From contig CAWJCS010000002.1 of assembly GCA_963841435.1 (NCBI GenBank), positions 192,001 through 256,000 on the forward strand: DNA of 64,000 nt. The letters are read 5' to 3'. Numbering within the stretch: position 1 is the first letter of the stretch; each line of letters begins with the position of its first letter. Positions 18,802 to 28,501 of this stretch are shown here, in pieces. The notes under the pieces are model-generated. The model was not told the origin of the DNA and did no database searches. It saw nothing but the letters and a program-made list of their open reading frames with translations. The position numbers and the translations under genes were made by a program. Source of the DNA: an uncultured delta proteobacterium (GTDB taxonomy: Bacteria; Myxococcota_A; Polyangia; Polyangiales; Polyangiaceae).

Positions 18802-21654
18802 CTACGGGGAACCGCCGGGCGGTGCGGCCGTCACCGACAGCTCCGCGTGCGTGAGCCCCGGGGCGCTCGCCGTGAGTCGGAGCGGCCCCGGCGCTCCGGT
18901 CGATTGAACGATGACCTGCGCGAGCCCGTTGAAGAGCCGGCGGCTCCAGCGCGGGGGCGGGCCTTCGACGCGCAGCACCGCGGGGGGGATCTTCAGCGCT
19001 CGCTCGCGCGCAGAGTCGCTCTCGTAAGGCGTCGCCGTCACGGAGAGCACGTTCCGTCCCTCGCCGAGGACGTTGTTCGTGAGCGCGATGGTCGGCAAAG
19101 GCGCCCCGGGGACCATGCGGGTGGTCATCAGCTCGTGCCCGTTCAGCGAGACCACGGCGCTCGCCCCGAAATGCCGGAGGAGCAAACTGAGCCTCGCGCC
19201 CTTCGGTAGCCCTCTCGTCGTGAGCGTCCCCCGGTAGGTGGTGCCGTTCGGCGTCTTTTGCTCGCGAAAATCCGCGAACGGCAACGTCGTCACCGGTGTG
19301 ACGAAGCGGTCGGGCTCGTGGCTCGAGGGGTCCCCGTTGCCCACGCCGAGGATCCGACCGCTCCCCTCGAGCTCGAGCTCGACCGGAGCGTCGGCGGTGG
19401 GCACCGGACGGCCCTTTGCGTCCACGGCGCTCACGGTGACGACCGCGAGGTCGCGCGCGTCCGCCACGATGACGCTGCGATCGGCTTCCAGTCGCAGCTC
19501 CGTCGGAGCCCCGGTCGTCTCGACTCGCGCTTCGAGCCGCACGGTGCCGTCGACGAACCCCTTGGCGCTCAGCGTTCCTGGTGCGTACGGCACGCTCCAC
19601 GCGACGTGCCCGTAGCGCTCGATCGCCTTCTTGCCGAGGCTCTGGCCGTTCAGGAAGAGCTCGACCTCGGACAGATTCGAATACGCCCGGACCTCGATCG
19701 GTTGGCCTTCGCGCCCCGCGAAGCTCCAGTGCGGCGCGAGCTCCAAGAGCGGCTCCGGACGCCACCAGGCTTTCAGGTAGTAAAAGCTGTCCTTGGGAAA
19801 GCCGCAGGTGTCCAGAATGCCGAACTGCGAGCTGACGGCCGGGAAGCCATAGGGCGTCGACTCGCCGCGGTAGTCGAACCCGGTCCAGTAGAACAGCCCC
19901 GCGAGGTAGGGCCGCGCCGCGTAGTGACGAAGGCCCACTTCGACGTTGCCCCCGGAGCTTCCGTTGGCGAGCGGCGCCGAGTGGGCGTGCGCCGCGTCCG
20001 TGAAGTAGACGCCGCGCGTGCCCTGCGTCGTCGTCTCCTCCGTGCCGACGCCGGGCTGCCACGGGAACTTTCGATGGTGCTCGTCGGTGCTGCCGTGGGC
20101 GATGTAGTTGTAGCCCATGACCTCGGCGACGGCGGCCACACCCTCGTTCCAGTCGCCGCTCGAAGCGACCGTCGTCGGCCGGGTGGGGTCGAGCTGCTCG
20201 ACGCGCGCCCGCATGGTCTTCGCGATGCGTGCGCCGCGCTCGTCGTTCTCGATCGCCCACTCCTCGTTGCCGAGCGACCAGAGGATCACGCTCGGGTGAT
20301 TCCGGTCGCGCACGACCAGGCGTTCGAGCTCCGCGAGCGCTTTTTCGCTCGACCCCATCGAGCGATTCTCGTCGATCACCAGCATTCCCAACCGATCGCA
20401 GGCATCCAAAAGCTCGGGAGTGGGTGGGTGGTGGGATGCCCGGTAAGCGTTGCTCCCCATCGCCTTCAGGCGTTCGATGCGAAATTCCTGCAGCCGGTCG
20501 GGCAGGGCCGTGCCGACGCCCGCGTGGTCCTGGTGGTCGTTGGTTCCTTTCAAAAAGACGTGCCGGCCGTTGAGAAAGAAGCCGCGGTCCGAGTCGAAGC
20601 GAAGGGTCCGAATCCCGAAGCGGGTCACGTGGCGATCGACCTCCCCTCCACCGACGACCACGTGCGTCACGAGCTCGTGAAGGGAGGGCGACTCGAGTGA
20701 CCATAGCGCCGGCGTCGGGACGGTGAGGTCTGACACGAATTCGCGTTCGGTCCCTGCCGACAGCGTGGCCCTGCCGCCGGAGCCTCGCGCCACCACCGCT
20801 CCGTTGGGCGCGACGATTTCGAAGCGGGCCTCCACGTCGGCGTCTCCGTCCCCCGCGTCCACGACCCTGGCGCGCGCTCGCACGGTCGCGACGCCGTCGG
20901 CCACCGTCGCGGTCACGAACGTTCCGTCGTATGCGACGTGGACAGGGGCCGACTTTTCAAGCCAAACGTGCCGATAGATGCCGGCGCCCTCGTAAAACCA
21001 GCCCTCTTCCTTGCTGGCGTCCACGCGGACGGCGAGCACGTTGCGGCCGCCGTAGTCGAGGTAGTCCGTCACGTCGTACTGGACGCTCGCGTAGCCGCTC
21101 GGCTCGCGACCCACCAAGAAGCCGTTCACCCAGACGCGTGAGTCTCGAAAGACGCCGTCGAGCTCGAGCGCGATGCGTCGCCCGCGATCCGCTTTCGAGA
21201 TCTCCAGCTCCCGCCGGTACCAGCCGACGCTATTTTCGGGGAAGCCGCGCCCGAGCGCCTTGTAGCCGTGACTGTGGCTGGCCTTCGCGTCGAACGGGAG
21301 CTCGACCGCCCAGTCGTGGGGCAGATCGACGGCGCGAAAGCCTCGGTCGTCGAAATTCGGGTCGGCCGGTCCATCGCCGTACCCGGCCTTCGCCAGGTCC
21401 GAAAAGTAGGACGTCCCGTGGCCGAAATCCCGCGCGGGGTCCGCGGCGTGACCGAGGGCGAAATGGAACCCGCGGTCGAGGCTGATCCGCTCGCGTCCGC
21501 GCCCCACGCTTTTCGCGGGCACTGGCTCGGGCGTGGCCGCTCTTCCGATCGCGACGGGCTTCGGCGGGGCGCTGCGGGCGGCGGGGGCGCACGCCTGGAG
21601 GCTCGCGAGCACGCAAGCCCCGCAGAAAACACCGGCTGAGGACGGGACGCGCAT
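18802..21654 (-). CDS. GH2 beta-galactosidase (GalA-like) lipoprotein
   Basis: VDLPHDWAVE, GWFYEGAGIYRHVW, KGTNDHQDHAGVG, RNHPSVILWSLGNEE, WTGFDYRGE, GILDTCGFPKD and GVGNGDP. Confidence 0.93.
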   Translation of the reverse strand: MRVPSSAGVFCGACVLASLQACAPAARSAPPKPVAIGRAATPEPVPAKSVGRGRERISLDRGFHFALGHAADPARDFGHGTSYFSDLAKAGYGDGPADPNFDDRGFRAVDLPHDWAVELPFDAKASHSHGYKALGRGFPENSVGWYRRELEISKADRGRRIALELDGVFRDSRVWVNGFLVGREPSGYASVQYDVTDYLDYGGRNVLAVRVDASKEEGWFYEGAGIYRHVWLEKSAPVHVAYDGTFVTATVADGVATVRARARVVDAGDGDADVEARFEIVAPNGAVVARGSGGRATLSAGTEREFVSDLTVPTPALWSLESPSLHELVTHVVVGGGEVDRHVTRFGIRTLRFDSDRGFFLNGRHVFLKGTNDHQDHAGVGTALPDRLQEFRIERLKAMGSNAYRASHHPPTPELLDACDRLGMLVIDENRSMGSSEKALAELERLVVRDRNHPSVILWSLGNEEWAIENDERGARIAKTMRARVEQLDPTRPTTVASSGDWNEGVAAVAEVMGYNYIAHGSTDEHHRKFPWQPGVGTEETTTQGTRGVYFTDAAHAHSAPLANGSSGGNVEVGLRHYAARPYLAGLFYWTGFDYRGESTPYGFPAVSSQFGILDTCGFPKDSFYYLKAWWRPEPLLELAPHWSFAGREGQPIEVRAYSNLSEVELFLNGQSLGKKAIERYGHVAWSVPYAPGTLSAKGFVDGTVRLEARVETTGAPTELRLEADRSVIVADARDLAVVTVSAVDAKGRPVPTADAPVELELEGSGRILGVGNGDPSSHEPDRFVTPVTTLPFADFREQKTPNGTTYRGTLTTRGLPKGARLSLLLRHFGASAVVSLNGHELMTTRMVPGAPLPTIALTNNVLGEGRNVLSVTATPYESDSARERALKIPPAVLRVEGPPPRWSRRLFNGLAQVIVQSTGAPGPLRLTASAPGLTHAELSVTAAPPGGSP

Positions 21655-21671
21655 GAGCAGGCAGCCGCGGG

Positions 21672-22805
21672 CTACGATTTCGCGCGGGGACGCGCCGTGG
21701 ACCCACGCACCACGAGCTTCACTGGGGCAAGCTCCACCTTGACGGTGCCATCGGCCCCTTCGACGAGCTCGATGAGCCGTGCCATCGCGCGGCGGCCCAT
21801 GTACTCCTTGCCGACGCCGATCGTGGTGAGCGGCGGGTCCGTGTAGTTCGAAAGCAGGATGTCATCGTAGCCGATGACGCTCAGATCGCGCGGCACCTCG
21901 TAGCTCGCCTCGTGCGCGGCGCGAAGCGCTCCGGCCGCCAGCTCGTCGTTGGCGCAGAAGAGCGCCGTGACGTTGCTCCTCTTCGCGAGCAGCGAGGCCG
22001 CGGCGCGGTGTGCGGCGGCGTAGCTCAAGCCGTCGGTTTCGACCACGTTCAGCGTGCGCGAGAAGCGGCGCCCGCGCTCTTCGAAGGCCGCCCGAAAGCC
22101 CACGAGCCGCTGCTCGATGCTCGTGACGGCGCCGCGTGGCACCAGCATCGCAATCCGCTCGTGCCCCAGAGAGAACAGGTGCTCGGCGGCAAGGCGACCG
22201 CCCTCGGCGTTGTCGATCTCCAGCGTGTTCACGCTGCTCACGCGCGGGTAGGTGTCGACGAGGACGACGGGGATCGAGAGGGCCTTGATGTCTTTGATCA
22301 TCATCGGGTGGGCGCGGCGCATGAAGAGCACGCCCACCGCGTTCTTCTCGCGCACCATTTTCGGCAAGTCCTCGAAGCCCTTGTACGTCGTGTCGACGTA
22401 CGAGAAGAGCAGGTTGTAGTCGCGCTCGACCGCCTCCTTGATCGCACCCTGCACCACGAAGGAGTAGAAGTTGTTCGTGATGGCGTCGTCTTCCTTGTAG
22501 AAGACGACCCCGATGTTGCGAATGCGCATCCTGGCGAGACCCGCCGCCGCGGCGTTCGCGTGGTAGTTGAGAGCGCGCGCGGCGCCGAGCACCCGGCTCT
22601 TCACCCCCTCGCTGATGCTCTCGCTCACGTTGCCGTTCAATACGAACGAGACGGTCGCCGTCGAGACACCCGCGTGCTCGGCCACGTCACGGATCGTCGC
22701 GCGGCGCGCGGCGAGCGGCGCGCGCCGGCGGGAACCGGTCGAGGCCCGCGCGCGTTCGGTTTTTTGGCGTGACATGCGTGGAGCTGGCAACTCGGAACGG
22801 GTCAT
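21672..22805 (-). CDS. LacI-family transcriptional regulator
   Basis: HTH ATIRDVAEHAGVSTATVSFVLNG; LGHERIA, ALFCANDELAAG, VPRDLSVIGYDD and PPLTTI. Start is 22805 or 22775; the longer track ORF (to 23705) is an artefact. Confidence 0.95.
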   Translation of the reverse strand: MTRSELPAPRMSRQKTERARASTGSRRRAPLAARRATIRDVAEHAGVSTATVSFVLNGNVSESISEGVKSRVLGAARALNYHANAAAAGLARMRIRNIGVVFYKEDDAITNNFYSFVVQGAIKEAVERDYNLLFSYVDTTYKGFEDLPKMVREKNAVGVLFMRRAHPMMIKDIKALSIPVVLVDTYPRVSSVNTLEIDNAEGGRLAAEHLFSLGHERIAMLVPRGAVTSIEQRLVGFRAAFEERGRRFSRTLNVVETDGLSYAAAHRAAASLLAKRSNVTALFCANDELAAGALRAAHEASYEVPRDLSVIGYDDILLSNYTDPPLTTIGVGKEYMGRRAMARLIELVEGADGTVKVELAPVKLVVRGSTARPRAKS

Positions 22806-22834
22806 CGTGCCCGGTCGCCGATTTCTCCCGGGGC

Positions 22835-23734
22835 TCAGTAAAACGTCAGATCGTCGATGGTCAGCTCGTAGGCGGAGGGAGTCGGCTGGTAGCCTCCCCC
22901 GGTATCGGGTACCCACGAAAGCCCAATATCGTACTGGATCTGCCAGACGTTCCTGCCGTCGGGCACGACCCGGGTCCCAGCGGCGTCGCCCGGTGTGAAA
23001 CCGCTCCAGGACACCCGAAATTCGGTCCAGGTGTCCGTGACCGGGAACGTGAAGCTCGGGTGAATGCAGGTGTCGTCGGTGCCGGGGCAGGTGCCGACCA
23101 TCGTCGCTGCGCTGCTCGTCGTCTCTTTCATCAAGATGGAGAGCTTCGCATCGCCGGTCGGGCTGCTCCCGCGGACCCAGAAGGCGATGCCCGTGAACGC
23201 GCTGGCGTCGAGGCAGTCGCTGAGCCAGAGCCCCATGCCGCCGCCGTACTCCTCCGAGAGCGTGTCGGCAACGTCGAGCGCGTAGGTCGAGCCGTTCCCG
23301 TCGATCATCGCGAACGTCTCGGGAAAGCCGCCTGCGTCGTCGCCGTAGCCGAACGTCCCCGCGAAGACGCCGGTGGACGAGTCCCCACCGAGAGCAAATG
23401 ACCAGGTGGCCAGGTCCGCGCTGCCATCGTAGCCCTCGAAGTCGGCGATCGCCGGCTTGGAGCTCGAAAGCACGATCGGAGCGGCGCAGACGGTGCCGCT
23501 CGTCGTCGTGCCCGCGGTGCCGCCAGAGCCGGCCGTCGTTCCACCCGAGCCGCCTGAGCCGCCGGTGCCAGCGGTCGTTCCACCCGAGCCTGCCGAGCCG
23601 CCGGAGCTGCCCGCGCTGCCGCCGGAGTCGCCCCCCGAGCCCGAGTCGTCGGTGATGCAGCCAGCGAGCGGCCCGAGCGCCACGAGCGAAAAGCCCAGAA
23701 CCCAAGGCCCCGAGCGCAGGAACACCGTGTTCAT
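22835..23734 (-). CDS. Lipoprotein with Gly-rich linker and CBM11/CIA30-like beta-sandwich
   Basis: GGAGG RBS before ATG 23734; lipobox LAGC; DASAFTGIAFWVRG, TDTWTEFRVSW and YELTIDDLTFY. Confidence 0.85.
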   Translation of the reverse strand: MNTVFLRSGPWVLGFSLVALGPLAGCITDDSGSGGDSGGSAGSSGGSAGSGGTTAGTGGSGGSGGTTAGSGGTAGTTTSGTVCAAPIVLSSSKPAIADFEGYDGSADLATWSFALGGDSSTGVFAGTFGYGDDAGGFPETFAMIDGNGSTYALDVADTLSEEYGGGMGLWLSDCLDASAFTGIAFWVRGSSPTGDAKLSILMKETTSSAATMVGTCPGTDDTCIHPSFTFPVTDTWTEFRVSWSGFTPGDAAGTRVVPDGRNVWQIQYDIGLSWVPDTGGGYQPTPSAYELTIDDLTFY

Positions 23735-23750
23735 CTTTGCCTCCATGCTC

Positions 23751-24635
23751 TCAATTCCCGCGTGACCGGTAAAATGCGATGTCGTCGAGCCAGATGTCGT
23801 AGTGGCTGCCCTGCACGAGCTTGATCTCGAACTTGGCGATGTCCGCCCGGTCGATGCCCCCGTCGAGTCGGTTCGGACAGGGCGACTGCAAAAGATCGCT
23901 CCACGGGATCAGGAACAGCTGCCACGACTCGGTGGTGACGACGCTCGTGTGGAACGCGTTGCCACACTCGCCGGCGACGGGCACCCGCACCCCAGCGCTC
24001 GCGGGACCGCCGACCCCGCCCTTGTAGCAGGCGGCCTCGCCGAGATCCTCGGGCGGCGGGAGGCGACACTCGGTGTCGCGTGCGATGTCGCCGGGGCCGA
24101 CGAACCCGTCGCCGTCCAGATCCTGATCCGCGGGCGTCGCCGGCGGCAGCCCGCCCTCCGCGGGTGCGTCCGGTGAAAAGAGGATCGTCCGCCCGTCGTC
24201 CACGTACAAACGGAACTGCTTGTCGGCGTTCGCGGGGCTTCTCGCCCAGAAGCTGATGCCGTCGTAGCCCGTGCCATCCGCTCGTGAGCTTTTCGGGTTG
24301 TGCGCCCAATCCCCGAAGCCCGCTCCCCAGAAGTTGTGGCCATACGCCTGGAGCTCGAGGATCCGCGTGTCGCCGCAGCGCCCGGGAGCCGGCACCTCGG
24401 TCACGGGCACGTTCGAGCCGTCGACGTTGGGATTGGGAACACCGCCTGGGGTTTCATCCGCGTACTGGAACCACCCCGACTCTGCGCCGTCGAAATTGGA
24501 GATGTTCAGGAACTCGTACGCGTCCCCGACCGAGCAGTCCGGCGGTCCGGGCGGCAACCGGTCACCCTGACTGCACCCTGAAACGAGCAGCAGGAACGAC
24601 GAGCCGAGCACCGAGATCGAGCGTTGCATCGCCAT
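23751..24635 (-). CDS. Lipoprotein with CBM11/CIA30-like beta-sandwich carrying an internal insertion
   Basis: Lipobox VSGC; DGTGYDGISFWARS, TESWQLFLIPWSDL and YDIWLDDIAFY. Its ATG overlaps the upstream stop (TGATG). Confidence 0.85.
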   Translation of the reverse strand: MAMQRSISVLGSSFLLLVSGCSQGDRLPPGPPDCSVGDAYEFLNISNFDGAESGWFQYADETPGGVPNPNVDGSNVPVTEVPAPGRCGDTRILELQAYGHNFWGAGFGDWAHNPKSSRADGTGYDGISFWARSPANADKQFRLYVDDGRTILFSPDAPAEGGLPPATPADQDLDGDGFVGPGDIARDTECRLPPPEDLGEAACYKGGVGGPASAGVRVPVAGECGNAFHTSVVTTESWQLFLIPWSDLLQSPCPNRLDGGIDRADIAKFEIKLVQGSHYDIWLDDIAFYRSRGN

Positions 24636-26140
24636 CACCACCAGAAGGTCGCGGACAGAGAAAGCACGTGCCGGTCCGGGTTCAGGCTCGGATCGTCCAA
24701 GGGCGGATACCCTCGAGCTGCGTACACCTCCTGACCGTAGGCGAAGTACGAGTACGACAGCGCGAACTCGTCCCGGCTCAGCCAGTTGGTGTGAAACAGC
24801 AGGCGCCCGGTGTACGTGTTGAACGAACGGCGGTTCACCTTGCTGTCGAGGCGGACGTGGTCGAACCGAGCCGACGTGCCGAACCAGGAGAGCAGGTTGT
24901 AGGTGGCTTCGAGGCCCGCCTTGAGCTTGAGCACGCCGTCGTAGTCGGGGTCGTCGCTGGTCACCTTCGTGCCGATCCCGAAAATGCTGAAGAGCACGTC
25001 GGTGTTCATGCCGCGGTACTGCTTGTCGAAGAGCATCCGGGATAGGCTCATGTCGTACTGGGCACCGAAGGTCGTGAGCGAGCCGTTGCCGTGGCTATTC
25101 GGCCCCAGATACTCACGGATGAGACCCGCGCCACCGCGCGCGTTCAGCACCTCGACGATGCCGGAGACGACCTCGGAGTCGACCGCGAGGGTGCGCGCGC
25201 CGCCGAGGTAGAGGTGCCCCCAGCGTCCGGCGGTGAGGCGCGCGTCCGCACCGAGGAGGCTGATGCGGCCGTCGGCCAACGTGGAGTCGAGGCCCTGGTC
25301 GTCGTGGCTGAAGGCCGTCAGGTAGTGCACGCCGAGCTGAAGGAGCCCCGACCAGGCGAGCCCCGCGTGGAGATGGCCGACGAAGCTCGCGCCCGCGTTG
25401 GGATCGGCGAAGCCGTTCCACCCGCTCGACGTGAGGCCGTTCGGCGTGTGACCGAGCTGACCACCGATGCCCTGTTCGAGAACGAGGGTGGTCTTGCCGA
25501 GCTCGAAACCGGCGGTGAGCGTTTCGCCGACGGAATTGATGCGGGCGATCAGCGGCGTCGCGTAGCGACCGGAGTCGAAGGCTCCCATGGCTCCGTAGCG
25601 CTGGGTCACGGCGCCCATGCGAAGCTGGAACGGAGTGCCGACGGACTCCGTCAGATTCAAGGTGACGAAGGCGTCACTCACCCCGAGCTGGCGCACGGGG
25701 TCGTAGACGGCTTCTGCCTCCGTGGCCGTGGTGGCGGCGAGAATCGCCGTCGCTGCGACCAACGAGTTACCGTAGGTGAAGTTGAGCTGCACCCAGGGGT
25801 CGGGCACCACCGCCGTGTACTGAAACCGGCGGTAATCCTGCGGAATGAGCGGTGGGGTGTGAAGCACGGTGTGGCTCTGGCCCGGGCCCGGATCCTCGCG
25901 CCTGTGCAAGCCGAGCCGCATGGGCAAGAGCAGGTAGCCGTGAAAATCGAGCACGTACTCCTTCGACGTGGCCGGGGGGATGCCGAACGGCGTCGAGGGC
26001 GGTGCGCTCCGGACCTGGGGCTCGGCGGGGTCGAGCCCGAGTCGGGGCAGCTCGGGAACGTCTTCTATGGGTTTCGCCAGCGTTTGCGTGGGCACGGCGA
26101 GTACCGAGAGCAAGAGCCAGCCCGTAAGGGCGCGTCGCAT
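24635..26140 (-). CDS. Putative outer-membrane beta-barrel protein B (uncharacterised)
   Basis: Sec signal MRRALTGWLLLSVLAVPTQTLA, many amphipathic strands, aromatic C-terminal strand VLSLSATFWW. Alternative start 26194. Confidence 0.8.
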   Translation of the reverse strand: MRRALTGWLLLSVLAVPTQTLAKPIEDVPELPRLGLDPAEPQVRSAPPSTPFGIPPATSKEYVLDFHGYLLLPMRLGLHRREDPGPGQSHTVLHTPPLIPQDYRRFQYTAVVPDPWVQLNFTYGNSLVAATAILAATTATEAEAVYDPVRQLGVSDAFVTLNLTESVGTPFQLRMGAVTQRYGAMGAFDSGRYATPLIARINSVGETLTAGFELGKTTLVLEQGIGGQLGHTPNGLTSSGWNGFADPNAGASFVGHLHAGLAWSGLLQLGVHYLTAFSHDDQGLDSTLADGRISLLGADARLTAGRWGHLYLGGARTLAVDSEVVSGIVEVLNARGGAGLIREYLGPNSHGNGSLTTFGAQYDMSLSRMLFDKQYRGMNTDVLFSIFGIGTKVTSDDPDYDGVLKLKAGLEATYNLLSWFGTSARFDHVRLDSKVNRRSFNTYTGRLLFHTNWLSRDEFALSYSYFAYGQEVYAARGYPPLDDPSLNPDRHVLSLSATFWW

Positions 26141-26204
26141 GGAACACCTTCCTAACTTCTGCTCGGATCGAACGACTGGCTTCACGAAGACCATGAGCTG
26201 CTCC

Positions 26205-27785
26205 CTAGAAGACGATGCTGGCCCCGAGGGTGAACACGTCGCGGTCCAGTGGCTGGGCGGGGTTGTTGTCCGTGAAGTCCGAGTAAAAATAGCGGGAGTA
26301 GGCGAGCTCCATCCGGTCCTGGCTTTGCCAGTCGGAATGCAGCGCCACGCCCAGTGAAGCGTCGTAGGCCACCCACCTGCCGCGACGAGGCTGGCCGTTC
26401 ACGTTGACCACCGTCGAGTCACGGCTCTCCCCGAACAACCGATACGTGGTGCTGAGCCAGGAGAGCAACACGTGCTCGACGCTGCCGCCCACGAAGTAGC
26501 CGTCGGCGCCGTCGTAGCTCGGGTCGTCGGTTTTCAGCGTCCAGAAAGGCACGAAAGCCAGCACGACCCGCAGATCGCGACCATTGCCGTCGAATGCCTC
26601 GGGAAAGGAGAGCATGCGCGAGACGCTGAAGTCGTACTCGGTGCTCACGGCCATGATGCGCCCGGTGCCGTCGCTCTGCGGGCCGAGAAATTTGCTGGTC
26701 ATCTCACGACCACCCGCGGTCCAGTCGAGCCCCCACCAGATCCCGTCGTGCACGGAACGGGCGTGGTCGAAGTTCCAGAAGACCGTCGTGACGCCGAGCT
26801 CGCCGTAGGGATCCTCGACCCCTCGAAGCTCGAGCGCGGCAACTTCCATCCGACCGTCGGGGCCGTGCTCGACTTCGGGGGTGCTCGCGTCGTCGTCGAG
26901 GTAACGGCGCATGTTGCGTCCGTCCGCGAGCGCCATATGGAGCTTCGCGAAGTACTTGTTCTTGAGGCTGACGCCGACGTGCGCGTGACTGACGATGCTC
27001 GAGAGCCCGTTTTCCGGCCACTGCGTATAGGTGCCGCGCACGAAGCTCTCGGGCACCTCCGGCACCGCGCTCGTGCCGTACTCGAGCGAGAAAAGCATTT
27101 CCTTCGGCAGCTCGTAGTCGAGCGCCGCGACGCCACCGTAGCCATGCACGGCGAGCACCGGGCCGAACATTCCCCAGCCCCACGGGCCAGGCGCGCCGTA
27201 CTGAGCGGGGAACGCGCCGACCTGGAACCTCAGCCGAGCGCGGCCCATCGCCGGCGGTGTCACCGTGACGTAAGCGGTTCTGAGACGGGGGCCGTTCTCG
27301 GCGCGGTAGTAGCCCTCCCACTCCGGCGCGGCCAACGCGACCTCGTAGGAGGCGAACGCCATGATGAGCTGATTGCCGTATTGGAAGTCGAGCCTCGTGG
27401 CTGTCCCGCTCCAGAACGGGCTACGACCCAAGGTGAGCGGCGGCGTGTGTAGCGGCGTGCCGTGGCTCGAAGAGGGAACCGAAGGGCTCCTTCCGACGCC
27501 GACCTGCCCCCAGGCGGAGAAACGCCCACCGAGCCGAAAGACCCACGAGTCCGGATCGGTCGGAGCGCCGAAGGAAGGAGCGCGCCCTCCGGGCGCGGGC
27601 GGGGCGGGGGGCGCCTCGGGAGACAGGCCAACGCCGACGGGCCGTGGCGAGCCGGGAGCTGCGTCGACGGCTCGCTCTTGCGCGCGCCCGAGGCTCGCAC
27701 CGAGCAGGCAGGTCGCGGCCGCGACGCAGGCCGCACCGTAGCGCCACGAAAGCCTCGCGCTCCCGAGCCCGATCGACCTCGTCAC
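26205..27785 (-). CDS. Putative outer-membrane beta-barrel protein A (paralog of B)
   Basis: GTG overlaps the cytochrome stop (GTGA); signal ending SLGRA-Q; C-terminal strand VFTLGASIVF; motifs colinear with barrel B. Confidence 0.8.
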   Translation of the reverse strand: MTRSIGLGSARLSWRYGAACVAAATCLLGASLGRAQERAVDAAPGSPRPVGVGLSPEAPPAPPAPGGRAPSFGAPTDPDSWVFRLGGRFSAWGQVGVGRSPSVPSSSHGTPLHTPPLTLGRSPFWSGTATRLDFQYGNQLIMAFASYEVALAAPEWEGYYRAENGPRLRTAYVTVTPPAMGRARLRFQVGAFPAQYGAPGPWGWGMFGPVLAVHGYGGVAALDYELPKEMLFSLEYGTSAVPEVPESFVRGTYTQWPENGLSSIVSHAHVGVSLKNKYFAKLHMALADGRNMRRYLDDDASTPEVEHGPDGRMEVAALELRGVEDPYGELGVTTVFWNFDHARSVHDGIWWGLDWTAGGREMTSKFLGPQSDGTGRIMAVSTEYDFSVSRMLSFPEAFDGNGRDLRVVLAFVPFWTLKTDDPSYDGADGYFVGGSVEHVLLSWLSTTYRLFGESRDSTVVNVNGQPRRGRWVAYDASLGVALHSDWQSQDRMELAYSRYFYSDFTDNNPAQPLDRDVFTLGASIVF

Positions 27786-28300
27786 GGGCGCCGCACCGAA
27801 AGCTTCACGGAGCCGGCGTTCTTGTCGGTCACGCCCTCGGGCGGCACCTCGACGCCGTGGGCCACGAGCATGAAAGAGACGATGGCAAAGTAGTCCTCGG
27901 TCGAGAGCGAGCTTCGCTTGTCCTCCGACGGCGGCATGTTCTTGCTGACGAAGGTGTAGAGGTCTTTCGCGGTGCGGAAGGGATCGCGCCACGGCGCGCC
28001 GGCGGGGCGCGATTGCGCTTGCAGCCGGAGCGTCTCGGGATCACCCGACGCCGGATCGGCGTTGGCGTTGCGCGCCCTCGGGTACTCGGGAAGGGCTCCC
28101 TCACCCAGGATGCGCGGCGCGCTGGTCCCACTTTCGCCCCGCGCACCGTGGCACCCGGCGCACTGCTCGGCGAACAGGGTTGCACCCGCGGACGAGGCGC
28201 TCTTCGCCCGGGCCAGATTGGCGTCCGTGGCGCCGTACTGCGTGGCAGCACAGGCGCCCGCGATCGCAGCGGTGATCACGAACGCACATCGTCTGACCAT
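27782..28300 (-). CDS. Monoheme class I cytochrome c lipoprotein
   Basis: Lipobox AGAC; GATLFAEQCAGCHG (CxxCH); candidate axial Met in SKNMPP. Confidence 0.9.
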   Translation of the reverse strand: MVRRCAFVITAAIAGACAATQYGATDANLARAKSASSAGATLFAEQCAGCHGARGESGTSAPRILGEGALPEYPRARNANADPASGDPETLRLQAQSRPAGAPWRDPFRTAKDLYTFVSKNMPPSEDKRSSLSTEDYFAIVSFMLVAHGVEVPPEGVTDKNAGSVKLSVRRP

Positions 28301-28501
28301 GATTCAGCGCGCGGCAGTCTGCGCGGAGACGGCATCGAACTCAAGGGCCGACAAGCCATCATCGCACCACGCGAGTTGACCATTCTCATCTTCGACAGGT
28401 CATTCGCATAAGTGGCCACCCCGATAGGGCACGAACCCCTTGAGATCCCGCGGCACCTGTCACAACCCTTGCCGTCGCGCTGAGCCCTGGAGACGGATGA
28501 C

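Noticed and set aside
21672-23705. 677-aa LacI with long N-terminal extension
   Set aside because: The extension is an off-frame reading of the upstream CBM lipoprotein gene; the HTH begins shortly after 22805.
28301-28501. LacI operator or sigma-54 promoter in the divergent region
   Set aside because: No convincing LacI-type palindrome, and the GGCAC elements lack a correctly spaced TTGC. Only a weak TGACC...GGTCA inverted repeat.
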